Shown: positions 48,668-61,980, counted from the first letter of the stretch. The stretch is 64,000 bases of DNA from Octopus vulgaris (GCA_951406725.2 OX597831.1:5518001-5582000), one strand, 5' to 3'. Notes: generated from the sequence alone by a model not told the origin. Translations and numbers: made by a program.

Positions 48668-51600
48668 ACAAAAACACACAAGCATATATATATATCATCA
48701 TCATCTTCATTTAACATCTATATATTAAAAGTATGTATATTAAAAATAATGATGTTTGCCTGCATATATATATTGCATGCATGCCTAAATATATGCATAT
48801 ATATGTATGGACGGATATATATATGATCAATGCATACTTATTAATAATATATATATGTATATTAAAAAAAATACATGGAGGCCTGAACATATTTATGCGG
48901 GATGATCTTTCTCACAAACACACACATGTACATACACACATGCATATATATATTTGCATGTACATACATACACACACACACATACATGTATACATACATA
49001 TATACATACATACACACACACACATACATGTATACATACATACATGTATACATACATACATGTATACATACATATACACACATATATAAACATACACAAA
49101 CACGCACATATACATATATATATACAAACAAGGTTATGTATACAAGCACATTATATATATATATATATATATACATACATACATACACACACACACATAC
49201 ATATACACACAAACATGCATATACATACAAACATAAGTGCATATATCTATATACATATATACATAAACATGCATATATATACAAACATATTATATATATA
49301 TATATATATATACACACATGCACGTGTTTGTATACACACACACAAATATATGTATATTTATGTACATATACATACATATACAGTGCAGATGTGACTGTGT
49401 GGTAAGAAGCTTGCTACATAACCACATGGTTCTAGGTTCAGTCCCACTGCATGGTATCTTGGGCATATGTCTTCTACTATAGCCTCAGGCCAACCAAAGC
49501 CTTGTAAGTGGATTTGGTCGATGGAAACTGAAAGAAGCCCATTGTGTGTATCTGTATAATCATCATCGTCATCATTTAATGTCCATTGTCCATGCTGGCA
49601 TGGGTTGGACAGATTGACCTGGGCTGGCAACCTGGAAGGTTGCACCAGACTCCAGTCTGATATGGCATGGTCTTATACAGCCCTTCCTAATGCCAACCAC
49701 TCCAAGAGTGTAATGGGTGCTTGTACATGCCACTGGCATGGGTGCTTTTATATGCCACCGGCATGAGTGCCATTTGCATGACACCAGTATCTGCCACAAC
49801 TGCAATGTGCTTGACTTGATGGGTTTTCTTCTCAAGCAATGACATAATGCCAAAAGTCTCGATCCTTGCCTCAGTGGGGCCCAACGCTCAAAAAGTGCTT
49901 TCATGTGCCACCGGCACAGGTGCCATTTGCCTGACCCCAGTATCTACATGACTGTGATTTTACTTGGCTTGATGGGTCTTCTCATTTATGTGTGTGTGTG
50001 TTTTGTGTCTGTGCTTGTCCCCCCCACCACCACCACCATTGCTTGACAACCAATTTTGGTGTGTTTGTTCCTGAAACGTAGCGGTTCAGCAAAAGAGACC
50101 GATAGAATAAGTGCTAGACTTACAAAGAATAAGTCTTGGGGCCGATTTCTTCAACTGAAGGTCATGCTCCAGCATGGCCACAGTAAAATGATTGAGACAT
50201 ATAAAAGAGTAAAAGAAATAAACATATATATACACACACACACATATATACATACATATTTATATTGTGACCGTTGCCAGCCTCGTCTGGCCCCCGTGCC
50301 GGTGGCACATAAAATGCACCATCCTATTGTGGCCATTTGCCAGCCTCGTCTGACACCTGTGCAGGTGGCACGTAGAAAGCACCCACTACACTCACGGAGT
50401 GGTTGGCGTTAGGAAGAGCATCCAGCTGTAGAAACACTGCCAGATCAGACTGGGCCTGGCGCAGCCTACTGGCTCCCCAGACCCCAGTTGAACTGTCCAA
50501 CCCATGCTAGCATGGAAAACGGATGTTAAACGATGATGATGATGATGATGATGATATATATATATATATATTAATTCATAAAAGAATAGAAGAATAAAAA
50601 TCACGTTAATGATTTTTATTAAGTATGAATTAATAAATAATTTAAATAAAATAATTTAATTATTTTTACTCCAGACCGGAAGAGCATTTACTGCTTGACT
50701 CTTCCTATAATATACACGTTGACTGTCATGAGCGGATTTATAAATTGACTTTCCTTGGATCTATACATCCAAATATTTTTATGTAAATGTATGAATTTGC
50801 TTTGGACAGTATGTACAATTATTTAGACTTATATTTCCCACTCCACAGTGTATTGTGCTGACGAAGGAAGAAAGCTTATCTTTTGCTTTAATCCAGACAT
50901 TGGAACCAATTCACAATTAACATGAGGTCTTTTTAATTTTTTCTCACTAACCGGAGTTTTAGGTAGTCTTTTGTAGGTATCGGCACTTCATGCACGCTGG
51001 AGACAGGTTGTTTTCACCCTATCTCCCTTGATATAACATATATATGTGTATATATACACACACACATATATATATATGTGTGTATGTATATATATATATA
51101 GTTAATCCAAACAAGAAAGCACAAAAAAATACAACAACGCGAGGACGTGGAACAAATATAGTATTATTGAACGCTCAGGAAAGAAGGAAAAAAGGAGGGT
51201 TTAACGCTTTGAGTGGAGCTCTTCGTTGGAAACATAGGAGAAGGAAAGATCCAGAGAACTATTTGAACTCCGCATTCTCTTTGAGGGCCTTAAAGAGAAA
51301 GTTGAAACTGAACCAATGGAATTATGTTGAAAAAATGTGTAACAAGCAAGGTATGATATTCTTCAGTTAGGGACAAGGGGTTCACACCGTAATCGCTTTA
51401 CAAAGCCTAAAAGTTGAGTATCGCAGGGAGCAGGATGTGGAAGGCCACCAAGTTGGCTACAAAGGTAACAAGCGTTTCCTTTAGGATGGCAGTGAATCAT
51501 GTAGGAAACATGAGTAAGGTGGTGCTACATGGGCACAGGATGGAGGCTGACAAAACCCAGCTGGGTCACTGGGTAAAGGGTGGATGGTTGTTGAAAAGCC

Positions 51601-52506
51601 CTCAAACATCCAATGACTGCATGACAACATAACTGATGGTGTGTCCAGATACGCCATAAGATCAGAAGATGATGTGTGAGGAAAAGGAATTACACACATG
51701 TGTGTGTGTGTATACTACATATGCTTGATGCTTGTATATGTGCAAAGATACAGGTGTGTGGTTGGGAGACTTGCTTCTGAACAGACCATGTGGTTTCTGT
51801 TTCAGTCCCATCATGGGCAAGTGTCTTTTTCTATAGCCTGGGGCCAATGAAAGCCTTGTGAGTGGAGTTAGGAACTGCAGGTGTGTGTGTGTATGTGTGT
51901 GCTTTTTACATGGTACTATCACCAGTGTCTTTAAGATGATACCAGCACCAGTGCTTTTAAAGTGACACAATCACCAGTGCTTTTTACATGGCACCAACAC
52001 CAATGCTGTATACATGGCACCAGCATCAGAACTGTTAAGATGTTATTCCAACCACAACAACCTCATCTTTGTATTGAACATGGTGTAATATATTTGTTTC
52101 TGTTTTTGTTATCTGAAGGAGATTTGGCTACAAAGGGACACAGAATGAAAGACCAAAATATTTGGCCATTATGTGTGCATAGATGTGCGTGGTGACGAAG
52201 CCCCAGTTCACAGTGACCAGGTCAGGCAGCAACGAAAATACCGTCTGTGACAGAACTATATCATGAAAGCATTTGAAACTCTAAGAAAACACATGAAATC
52301 ATGCAGTGCTTCTCCAGCAAGACATCCTATGTTGTGGAACCTACTTACACCTAGTGGACTGTGGATGCTGCACAGTCGGTAACAGTCTTACAAATATTAC
52401 AAACACATCAATCATACACTCATACATCTTACATAACACCTACGTATTTGTTCATTATCTGTCATAATCAGAGAAACACATACACACAGCACAGATGCAT
52501 ATATAT

Positions 52507-52547
<41 letters not shown>

Positions 52548-52750
52548 CGGTATATAACGTTTTCTGACTGCAATAATCAGAAGTAACATTCTTTGAGATT
52601 GTGGTTCCCCAGAGATAAATTCTACAAACAGATATTCAGTATTTATGGCGCTAATTCTTGTTAATGTTCATCAAAAGGAGGAAAGTTATTGATGAGGAGG
52701 TGGGGAAGAGGAGAGTCTGCTATAAAATCCATCAGATTCTTTTTCCTTTT

Positions 52751-52786
<36 letters not shown>

Positions 52787-53125
52787 TCTCTTAGAGGGAG
52801 AAAAGATATATAAGGGGGATTCCATGTGGTGGGGTCAGAGTGTAGTTTCTATAGGGAAATTTCCGTTTAGTTTTTATTCTTTGATCTATTTAGAGAGGAG
52901 GAGTGAGCAAGTGTTTGCGTGGAGAGAGATACAGATGGATGGATAGAAAAATAACATGTGTATAGTTGCAGGCATGGCTGTGTGGTAAGTAGCTTGCTTA
53001 CCAGCCACATGGTTCTGGGTTCAGTCTCACTGCGTGGCACCTTAGATAAGTGTCTTCTACTTCTAGCCTTGGGTTGACCAAAGCGTTGTGAGTGGATTTG
53101 GTAGATGGAAACTGAAAGAAGCCTG

Positions 53126-53161
<36 letters not shown>

Positions 53162-53809
53162 TTGTGTGTCTGTTTGTACCCCCACCATCGCTTGACAATG
53201 TTGGTGTGTTTATGTCCCCGTAACTTAGTGGTTCGGCAAAAGAGACTGACAGAATAAGTACTAGGCTTATAAAGAATAAGTCCTGGGGTCGATTTGTTTG
53301 ACTAAAGGCAGTGCTCCAGCATGGCCACAGTAAAAAATGTATATAGACAGATTGACAGATAAATAGATAGATAGGCAGATAGATAGGCAGATAGATAGAT
53401 AGATAGATAGATAGATAGGCAGATAGATAGGCAGATTGACAGACAGACAGATAGACAGATACTTATTTAATAGATAGAAAAATGATAGGAATCTTTTATC
53501 TCTTACATGTTCCAGTTATTAGACTGCGGCCATGCTGGGGCACAGTCTTGAAGAATTTTTAGGCAAATGAATCAACCCCTTGTACTCCAGTAATTGTTAT
53601 TTTCTCAAAGCCTATCAGCCTCTTTTGCCAAACTGCAAAGCAATGGGGGCATAAACACACTAAAATAAAGACACACACACACATATAAGATAAAGTTTCT
53701 AGTATATTCTATAGCAGAAGACACTTGCCCAAGATGCCACGCAGTGGGACTGAACCCGGAACCATGTGGTTGGTTAGCAAGCTACTTACCACACAGCCAC
53801 TCCTGCGTC

Positions 53810-53840
<31 letters not shown>

Positions 53841-54979
53841 TTATGCACCCTTTTCAAGCCTAGCCAGGCTCATAGGCCCAGTTTCCCGGTTTCTATGGCG
53901 TATGTGTCCCCCCCACCCCAGCTGGATGGGACACCAGTCCATTGCAGCGTTACTCAAGAAACAGGAAGAAAGAGTGAGAGAAAGTTGGGGCGAAAGAGTA
54001 CAACAGAGGTCGCCACCAACCCCTGCCAGAGCCTCGTGGAGCTTTTAGGTGTTTTCGCTCAATAAACAGACAAAACGCCCGGTATGGGAATCAAAACCGC
54101 GATCCTCCGACCGTGAGTGTATATACATACACACACACACACAGAACATTCCAGAGTGTATATAAATATATATCTATATATATATCATCATCATCTATAT
54201 ATATATATATAAATATATATATACACAATGGGCTTCTTTCAGTTTCTGTCAATCAAATCCACTCACGGGGCTTTGGTTGACCTGAAGCTATGCTAAAAAT
54301 TAAAAAACTGATGCCCAAGGTGCAACACAGCAGGACTGAACCCGGAACCATATCGTCGGGAAGCGAGCATCTTACCGCACAGCCACGCCAGTATGTAAGA
54401 TAGATAGACAGATAGATGCACACATGCTTAAAGAGACAGAAAAGATATGAATATAGATATGTATATAAGTAAACTGATATAGAGGAGAGAGAGAGAGAGA
54501 TAGATGTATGAATTTATATTGTATCTTATTTAGTAGGCCTGCAGCTATGCAGATCACAAAATAGCAAGGAAGACAAGCAAACGCCCACATAGAAGCAACA
54601 GTTATATATGAACATACCTGGATATGTCAGGACACCCACATGAATGTCTAAATGGAATTTTATGAGTGGAGCTGGGACTATCTGGAGCCCAAACACCTAT
54701 ATACATGTCCAGCTTGTTATTTATCCCGTACGGGGGGTGGTTCGGAAATGTCACATCAATGCTCATGTGCAAATATTTATTCGCCATTACGTAACATATA
54801 CACATACATGTATGTATAATCATTATACATATAATACGTCTGTGAGTATAAATGTGCACGTTTACATATATATATATATATATACACACACACATATATA
54901 TACATATGTACACCCACACACACAAATAACTATTAACTATGAGTGGGCGTATGTATGTATCTATATGTGTGTGTGTATG

Positions 54980-55019
<40 letters not shown>

Positions 55020-55338
55020 TGCATAAATAGCCATACATGAGTATATATACACACACATGCACAAATAAGTATACATGGATATATCTGTGTGTGTGTGTTT
55101 ATATACTCATGTATAGCTATTTATGCATCTATATATATATATATATATACACACACACATATAGATACATACATACGCCCACTCATAGTTATTTGTGTGT
55201 GTGGGTGTACATATGTATATATATGTGTGTGTGTGTGTGTTTATATACACACACATGCACAAATAACTACACATGTATATATATGTATGTATGTGTGTAT
55301 GTATGTAGGTATGTATGTGTGTGTGAGTGTATGTATGC

Positions 55339-55370
<32 letters not shown>

Positions 55371-55788
55371 GTGTATGTATGTATGTGTGTATGTATGTAT
55401 GTATATTTGTATGTATGTGCAAGTATAGCTTAGTTAAGAATTTTACTTTGTAACCTTGCATTTTCAGGTTCAATTACAGAGAATGGCACCATGGCCAAGG
55501 GTTTTCCACTGGAGCTTCGAACTGGACTTGTCAGTCGAAGGACCAGCTTTGCTGCCCAGTAGGTCACATTGGTCCTACTTGCAAATTAGATAGATAAATA
55601 TCTGTTTATCTATTTATCTACCAACCTATCTATTTAACTCTCTTTATCTGTTTATCTATCTATCTATCTACTTATCTCTATCTCTCTCTATCTACCTACC
55701 TGCCTATCCACCCTTCTCTCTCTATCTATCTATCTACTTATCTCTATCTCTATCTACCTACTTGCCTATCCACCCTTCTCTCTCTCCC

Positions 55789-55824
<36 letters not shown>

Positions 55825-55900
55825 CTTATCTCTGTCTCTATCTATCTATCTATCTATCTATCTTCTTATCTCTATCTCTCTCTATCTACCTATCCACCCT

Positions 55901-55931
<31 letters not shown>

Positions 55932-56304
55932 CTAGCTAGCTAGCTAGCTAGCTAACTAGTTAGGTAGCTAGCTGTCTAACCATCTATCTCTTATGATAAT
56001 TTATTTATAAATCTGTCTGTCTATCTATTTGTGTCAATTAAGATGGAAAACTATGGACAGATATCTGTAATACAGTTTCTTTGTGACACAGTTCAGCATT
56101 CCTCAAAACTTACTTTTGAAAATCACATGAATGTGAAACTCATTAAGTGTATAAATTTGAATTTAAATAAATCTTCATATATATATTCTCTCTGCATATT
56201 CAACTTCATTTATTTCTTTTACATATATATATATATATATAACCACATATAAATACACACATAATAAACATGTCTATATATTCTGAGTATTCCAGACATA
56301 TCTT

Positions 56305-56931
56305 AATTCTTTTCTGTTCTAGGCACAAGGCCTGAAATTTTGGGGGAAGAAACCAGTCGATTAGATCAACCCCAGCATGCAACTGGTACTTAATTTATCG
56401 ACCCTGAAAGGATGAAAGGTAAAGTCGACCTTGGCAGAATTTGAACTCAGAATGTAAAGACAAACGAAATACTGAAAAGCATTTCGCCCAACATGCTAAC
56501 TATTCTGCCAGCTTGCTACCTTTATTCTTTTCTACTCTAAGCACAAGGCCCCAATTTTTTTTTTTTTTGGTGGGGGGGAGTCAATTAAATCGACCCCAGC
56601 ATGCAACTAGTACTTAATTTATCGACCCCAAAAGAATGAAAGGCAAAGTCAACCTCAGCGGAATTTGAACTCAGAACATAAAGACAGATGTAATACCTAT
56701 TTCTTTGCTACCCACAAGGGGCTAAACACAGAGGGGACAAACAAGAACAGACAAATGGATTAAGTCGAATATATTGACCCCCAGTGCGTAACTGGTAATT
56801 ATTTAATTGACCCCGAAAGGATGAAAGACAAAGTCGACCTCGGCGGAATTTGAACTCAGAACATAGCTGCAGATGAAATACCATTAAGCATTTCGCCCGG
56901 CATGCTAACGTTTCTGACAGCTTGCTGCCTT
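56305..56931 (-). mobile_element. Three tandem MetaSINE-like SINE units
   Basis: Repeated CTGGTACTTAATTTATCGACCC...GGAATTTGAACTCAG. Confidence 0.85.
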
Positions 56932-57345
56932 CCAAATGTATCTTAATGTAATCCTTGTATTGTCCTTTTCCATACACAGTATTTAAGATGGAAAAATATA
57001 TATTTATATATGCTTTGTGATTTTAATTTTGTTTGTGAAATGAAACAATTGTAGGTGAATAAGTTAATTAATCAATTAATCTATATCCATTAGATCTCTC
57101 TGTTTTCTAACTGGCTCTCATTCTGGTGGCATGTAAAAAGCACCATTCGAATGTGGTTGAAGCTAGTGCTGCCTGACTGGCCCCCGTGCTGGTGGCATGT
57201 AAAAAGCACCCACTACACTCTCATTAGGAAGGGCATCCAACTCTAGAAATATGACCAGATCAGACTGGAGCCTGGTGCAGCCATCTGGTTCGCCAGTCCT
57301 CAGTCAACCCGTCCAACCCATGCCAGCATGGAAAGTGGACATTAA

Positions 57346-57565
57346 CCCTTTTGTTACTGTATTTATTTTGAGATGCTCTGTGTTTCTTTCAATTACTTTA
57401 AATATAACAAAGAATTTAGTAAAATAACTTAGTTATCATTCAGCTAGTGTTAGGAACATAAATTGTGACTAAGGTTTGGTGGAAGATTTTAATTCAAAAC
57501 TTATGGAAACAAGACATTTGTACTGAGAGCCAGAGCTGGTTTCAGCTGGATTGGTAACAAAAGGG
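57346..57565 (-). mobile_element. piggyBac-like MITE (reverse orientation) inserted in the TTAA of a family C SINE tail
   Basis: TTAA|CCCTTTTGTTAC...GTAACAAAAGGG|TTAA; the host reads ggacattaa|acaatgatg. Confidence 0.88.
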
Positions 57566-57850
57566 TTAAACAATGATGGTGGTGATGATGATATATCGCC
57601 ACCATCCTCATCAATTAACATCCTTGTTCCATACTGGCATGGCTTAGATGGTTTGATAGAACCCAGTGGGTCAAAGGACTGCATTGTGCTCCAATGTCTG
57701 CTTTGACATGGTTTCTACAGCTGGATGCCTTTCCTGACACCAACCACTCTACAGTGTGTACTGGGTGGGTTTTTATGCAGCACCAGCACTAGTGATATTG
57801 CCATGTCGCTCGCAAACCTACAGCTTCATAGTCAGGTCCTATTTCCTGGT

Positions 57851-57890
57851 ATTTCAATATTTCAGGATTAGGGCTCCTTCTTCAGGAAAT
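57851..57890 (-). ncRNA. Minimal type I hammerhead ribozyme with intact core
   Basis: ATTTC-CTGAAGA-AGGA GCCCTAA TCCT-GAAA-TA-TT-GAAAT: 5-bp stem I, 4-bp stem II, palindromic AATATT at stem III; degenerate inverted sister copy at 57937-57977. Confidence 0.72.
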
Positions 57891-58380
57891 CTTGGGAGAA
57901 ATGATACTGTATGCTCACAACACCATTTCTCTGACAATTTCCTGAAGAAGGGTCCCTATCCTCAAAATATTCGAAATACAAGGTTAAAAATTCTAATCAT
58001 TATCCAGTAATATTTCTTATAACTTTCACTGTTTTGCCCTTATAAGAAAAATTAAAAACATTCATATATATGTTGTTTGTTTGTTAGTTCCTTCTCGAGC
58101 CACGTCTGGCTCATAAGGGCTGGTCTCCCGGTTTCCTTGGCATATAGGTTCCCCACCTGGATAGAACGCCGGTCCGTCACAGGTGAGCTGCAAGATGCAG
58201 GAGGAAAGAGTGAGAGAAAGTTGTGTCGAAAGAGTCAGCAGAAGTTCGCCATTACCTTCTGCCAGAGCCGCATGGAGCTTAGGTGTTTCACTCATAAACA
58301 CACGCATTGACCGGTCTGAGATTCGAACCTGCAATCCCTTGACTGCGAGTCCACTGCTCTAACCACTAGGCCATGTGCCT

Positions 58381-58432
<52 letters not shown>

Positions 58433-58775
58433 CATCATTATCATTTAACATCCGCTTTCCATGCTGGCATGGGTTGGACGGTTCAACTGGGGTCTGGGAA
58501 GCCAGAAGGCTGCACCAGGCCCAGTCTGCAGGCAAAGCTTCAAGCAAACTAATAACCTCATATATCTATATATATATATATATACATATGTATGTGCATG
58601 TGTGTAGAGTGTTTGAAGCAGTGTACACATTTTATTGATTAAGAAAAAGGAGGTAGTTAGAATTTTGGATAATTATTTATTTTATGCTTTCATCTCATTC
58701 TCGATGAATCTCTGAAACAAGATGAAAGTGCCAAATACCAAATTATCCAAAATTCTGACCACCTCCTTTTCCTTA

Positions 58776-58819
<44 letters not shown>

Positions 58820-59046
58820 ATACACATGCACTCACAAGCAAAGCTTTGTGTGGTTAAGAAGTTTGCTTCCTAACCAGAGGGTCCTTAGGCTGATCAAAAC
58901 CTCTTAAGTGGATTTGGTAGATGGAAAATGAAAGAAGCCCATTGGGTACATGCATGTGTGCGTTTGTGCTTATGTCTCCTTCTTTTGACAATGCACACTA
59001 ATTGTAGACAAATGTAAGAGTCATACAAGTGGTGGTCATACATTTG

Positions 59047-59497
59047 CAATCTTCCATGAAAACATGTTTGGCCATTGAGCTGTTCGTCAATCTTCCATGA
59101 AGACATGTTTGGCCATTGAGCTGTTCGTCAATCTTCCATGAAGACATGTTTGGCCATTGAGCTGTTCGTCAATCTTCCATGAAGACATGTTTGGCCATTG
59201 AGCTGTTCGTCAATCTTCCATGAAGACATGTTTGGCCATTGAGCTGTTCGTCAATCTTCCATGAAGACATGTTTGGCCATTGAGCTGTTCGTCAATCTTC
59301 CATGAAGACATGTTTGGCCATTGAGCTGTTCGTCAATCTTCCATGAAGACATGTTTGGCCATTGAGCTGTTCGTCAATCTTCCATGAAGACATGTTTGGC
59401 CATTGAGCTGTTCGTCAATCTTCCATGAAAACATGTTTGGCCATTGAGCTGTTCGTCAATCTTCCATGAAGACATGTTTGGCCATTGAGTTGTTCGT
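59047..59497. repeat. Near-perfect minisatellite, 41 bp x 11
   Basis: Unit CAATCTTCCATGAAGACATGTTTGGCCATTGAGCTGTTCGT starts at 59047 and recurs every 41 bp, the last copy starting at 59457. Confidence 0.97.
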
Positions 59498-60096
59498 GTT
59501 TGAAGAACTGGCAACAGGAAGAGTATCTGGCCACAGGAAACTTGCTTCACAAACTTGGGAAAGTGAATGTTAAAATGATAATGATGATTGTGTGTGTGTG
59601 TATATTGCATATATACACATACAGATATAGACTCATTTACATATAGCCATATTTACATTCACATGCAGCTATACAAATTCATGCATACTCACACATGTAT
59701 ATCCGGTATACTCGCAAACACACACAACTGCATACATACATACATACACACAAACATGCATATGTAGTCATACACTCAGACATGCATATTTAGTAATATA
59801 CACACTGACACACTTCTAAATACACACACACACACACATACGTGTTACCATGGAAACATATTACATCATCTCCTCCTCCACTATTTTGATATAACACACC
59901 CTCTTACCCACTCACATCATTTCTTGATTTAGAGACTTCACACAGACATCTTATATATATATGTATATATATATATATATATAAGATGTCTATATATATT
60001 ACATGCATATATAGACACACACACTTTTATATATGTATTTCATTTGATATATAAATGCACACAAATCTACTCACACCCATATATATATATATACCC

Positions 60097-60129
<33 letters not shown>

Positions 60130-60354
60130 AATATGGGTGTATATATTCAAATATCTATGCAAGTATAGATATACACTGATGGTATATTCATAAATACACA
60201 CACACATACACACATACATATCTTCACCAAGTTTACTGACCCCTAATTTAAGGATGACATTTTTTTTATGTCCTTTATATGGTGGTGGTGGTGGCAGTGG
60301 TCATGGCAGCAGCAACAGTGGCAGTGACAGAATTGTTGAGGTGTTAGTAGTAGC

Positions 60355-60386
<32 letters not shown>

Positions 60387-60429
60387 CGGTGGTAGTGAGA
60401 GTAGCGGGGGAGATGCTGTATATAAATAG

Positions 60430-61610
60430 GGTGTCAATTTAGGGAGCAGTACTCAGTAATACAACTATTTTATGGTAATAGGCAATTTAGGGAAAAGGAA
60501 AAGAGGAGAGTGGAAAAGACCAGAGGTGGGGGGGAGAGTCACCCCACCCCCAAACACCCACCCACCCCGCCATCATCTCCACTTTATGTCTTTATTGTTA
60601 CAGTGGCCATAATTTAGGTATAGTGGTGGTGGTGGTCATGGTGGTGGAAGTAAATATCATATCCCTGATACATATTTAAGGTGTTTATTGCGGGCCATCA
60701 AGGAAAGCAAGGGTTTATATCCGCGGCTTTCTTTTACGTTTTTGCTGAGTTTTTTTTCTTGTTTGTATATACTTTTATTGTTGTTGTTTTTTTTTGTTTT
60801 TTTTGTTTTATGGTAATAAGAGGGAAGGATTAAGTTTTTATGACAAAGTGATAAGGATTAATTACTGTAATTTAGGGAGATTTCTTGACAGAGAGAGAGA
60901 GAGAGAGAGGGGGGGAGAACGTGGGGGCGGTTAGCTTAGGGAGTGCAGGGGCTGGAAATAGAGACAAATTAAGGAATCACTTTTGCCACAGGAGAAGTGA
61001 TGATTTAGGGATAACCTCTGCTCTACCCAACCACCGATAAACCCCCTGTTTTCTTTGTCCTTCTCCCTTCGCTTTTCTACCGCTTCTAACCTTCCTTGCA
61101 TCTTTCTACAGAGGAAGAAGGAATTTAAAACGGGGCTCCTGGAAGAAGCAAAGGTGGGGAGACAGGAAGGGGGGAAGGACAGCAACCGATTCCAAGTTGA
61201 TATTGGATGGAGCGCCTTTCTTCTAGTGTGTGTGTGTGTGTGTGTGTGCATGGTGATAATTAATATATTCAAGAGTGTGAGATATAGTTTATAGCATAAT
61301 AACACAGGGATTAGTGTTATGACAAAGTGATTGGCCTCAATTACTGTCATTGAAAGGAATTTATTATTCCAAAAGATGAGGCTGCAGAATCAAAGTATTA
61401 AGGGTTCATTTCTGCTAATGTACCAATGATTTAAGGGGTGCAGGTTGGGGGCCCTCACTCCTGGGGGTTTTTTTTTTTGTTTTTCTTTTGTTATATGTGA
61501 TATTGGTGTTATCGTATATGTTTCAGTGATTAACTTCTGTAGAATGATATCGTAATTATTCAGTGCAATATCATTCTGGTATTATCTATAAATTGATGAT
61601 TTAGGAAATT
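60430..61610. promoter_or_regulatory. Candidate developmental enhancer (clustered homeodomain-type motifs)
   Basis: Non-TE unique DNA with TTTTATGGTAATA x2, TTATGACAAAGTGAT x2, AATTTAGGG x3, plus GGATTA and AATTA sites; function is inferred only. Confidence 0.35.
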
Positions 61611-61980
61611 AACAATTATCAATTAACGTTCAATATTATCTATAGTAAAAAGACAAAACATAAAAAAAAAAGAAAACAAAAAAATTCTGTCATTTGCAAA
61701 AATAAAAACACAACTTGTAATAGTCAATGATATCAACATGAAAGGAAATGTTGACCCCACTGGGATTTGAACTCGGAACAGCTCTCACCAAATATAGTGA
61801 TGCAGATATTTTGCCCAGCAATTAACTATGCTGCCAATCTTCCAGATGCTCTTCCTGTTGCCAACCTTCACCTGTTTCCAAGTAAGGGTGATATTTCTCC
61901 ATGGTCAGACACTGCATGTGCAACAGAGACACACCCCATGAAATCAAAGCAAGGAGACAGTGATACGTACATGCTTGCAT

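Noticed and set aside
50858-50905. CTGACGAAGGA...TCC hammerhead-like start
   Set aside because: The GAAA box is absent (GACA) and stem I is not evident; too degenerate to call.
56114-56191. Minus-strand GTAAGT donor with an upstream CAG as a candidate upstream exon
   Set aside because: No similarity to INPP5A, and the phase-0 frame from the acceptor hits a stop codon.
59047-59497. Possible CRISPR array
   Set aside because: Contiguous near-identical 41-bp units with no unique spacers, in a eukaryotic context with no cas genes.
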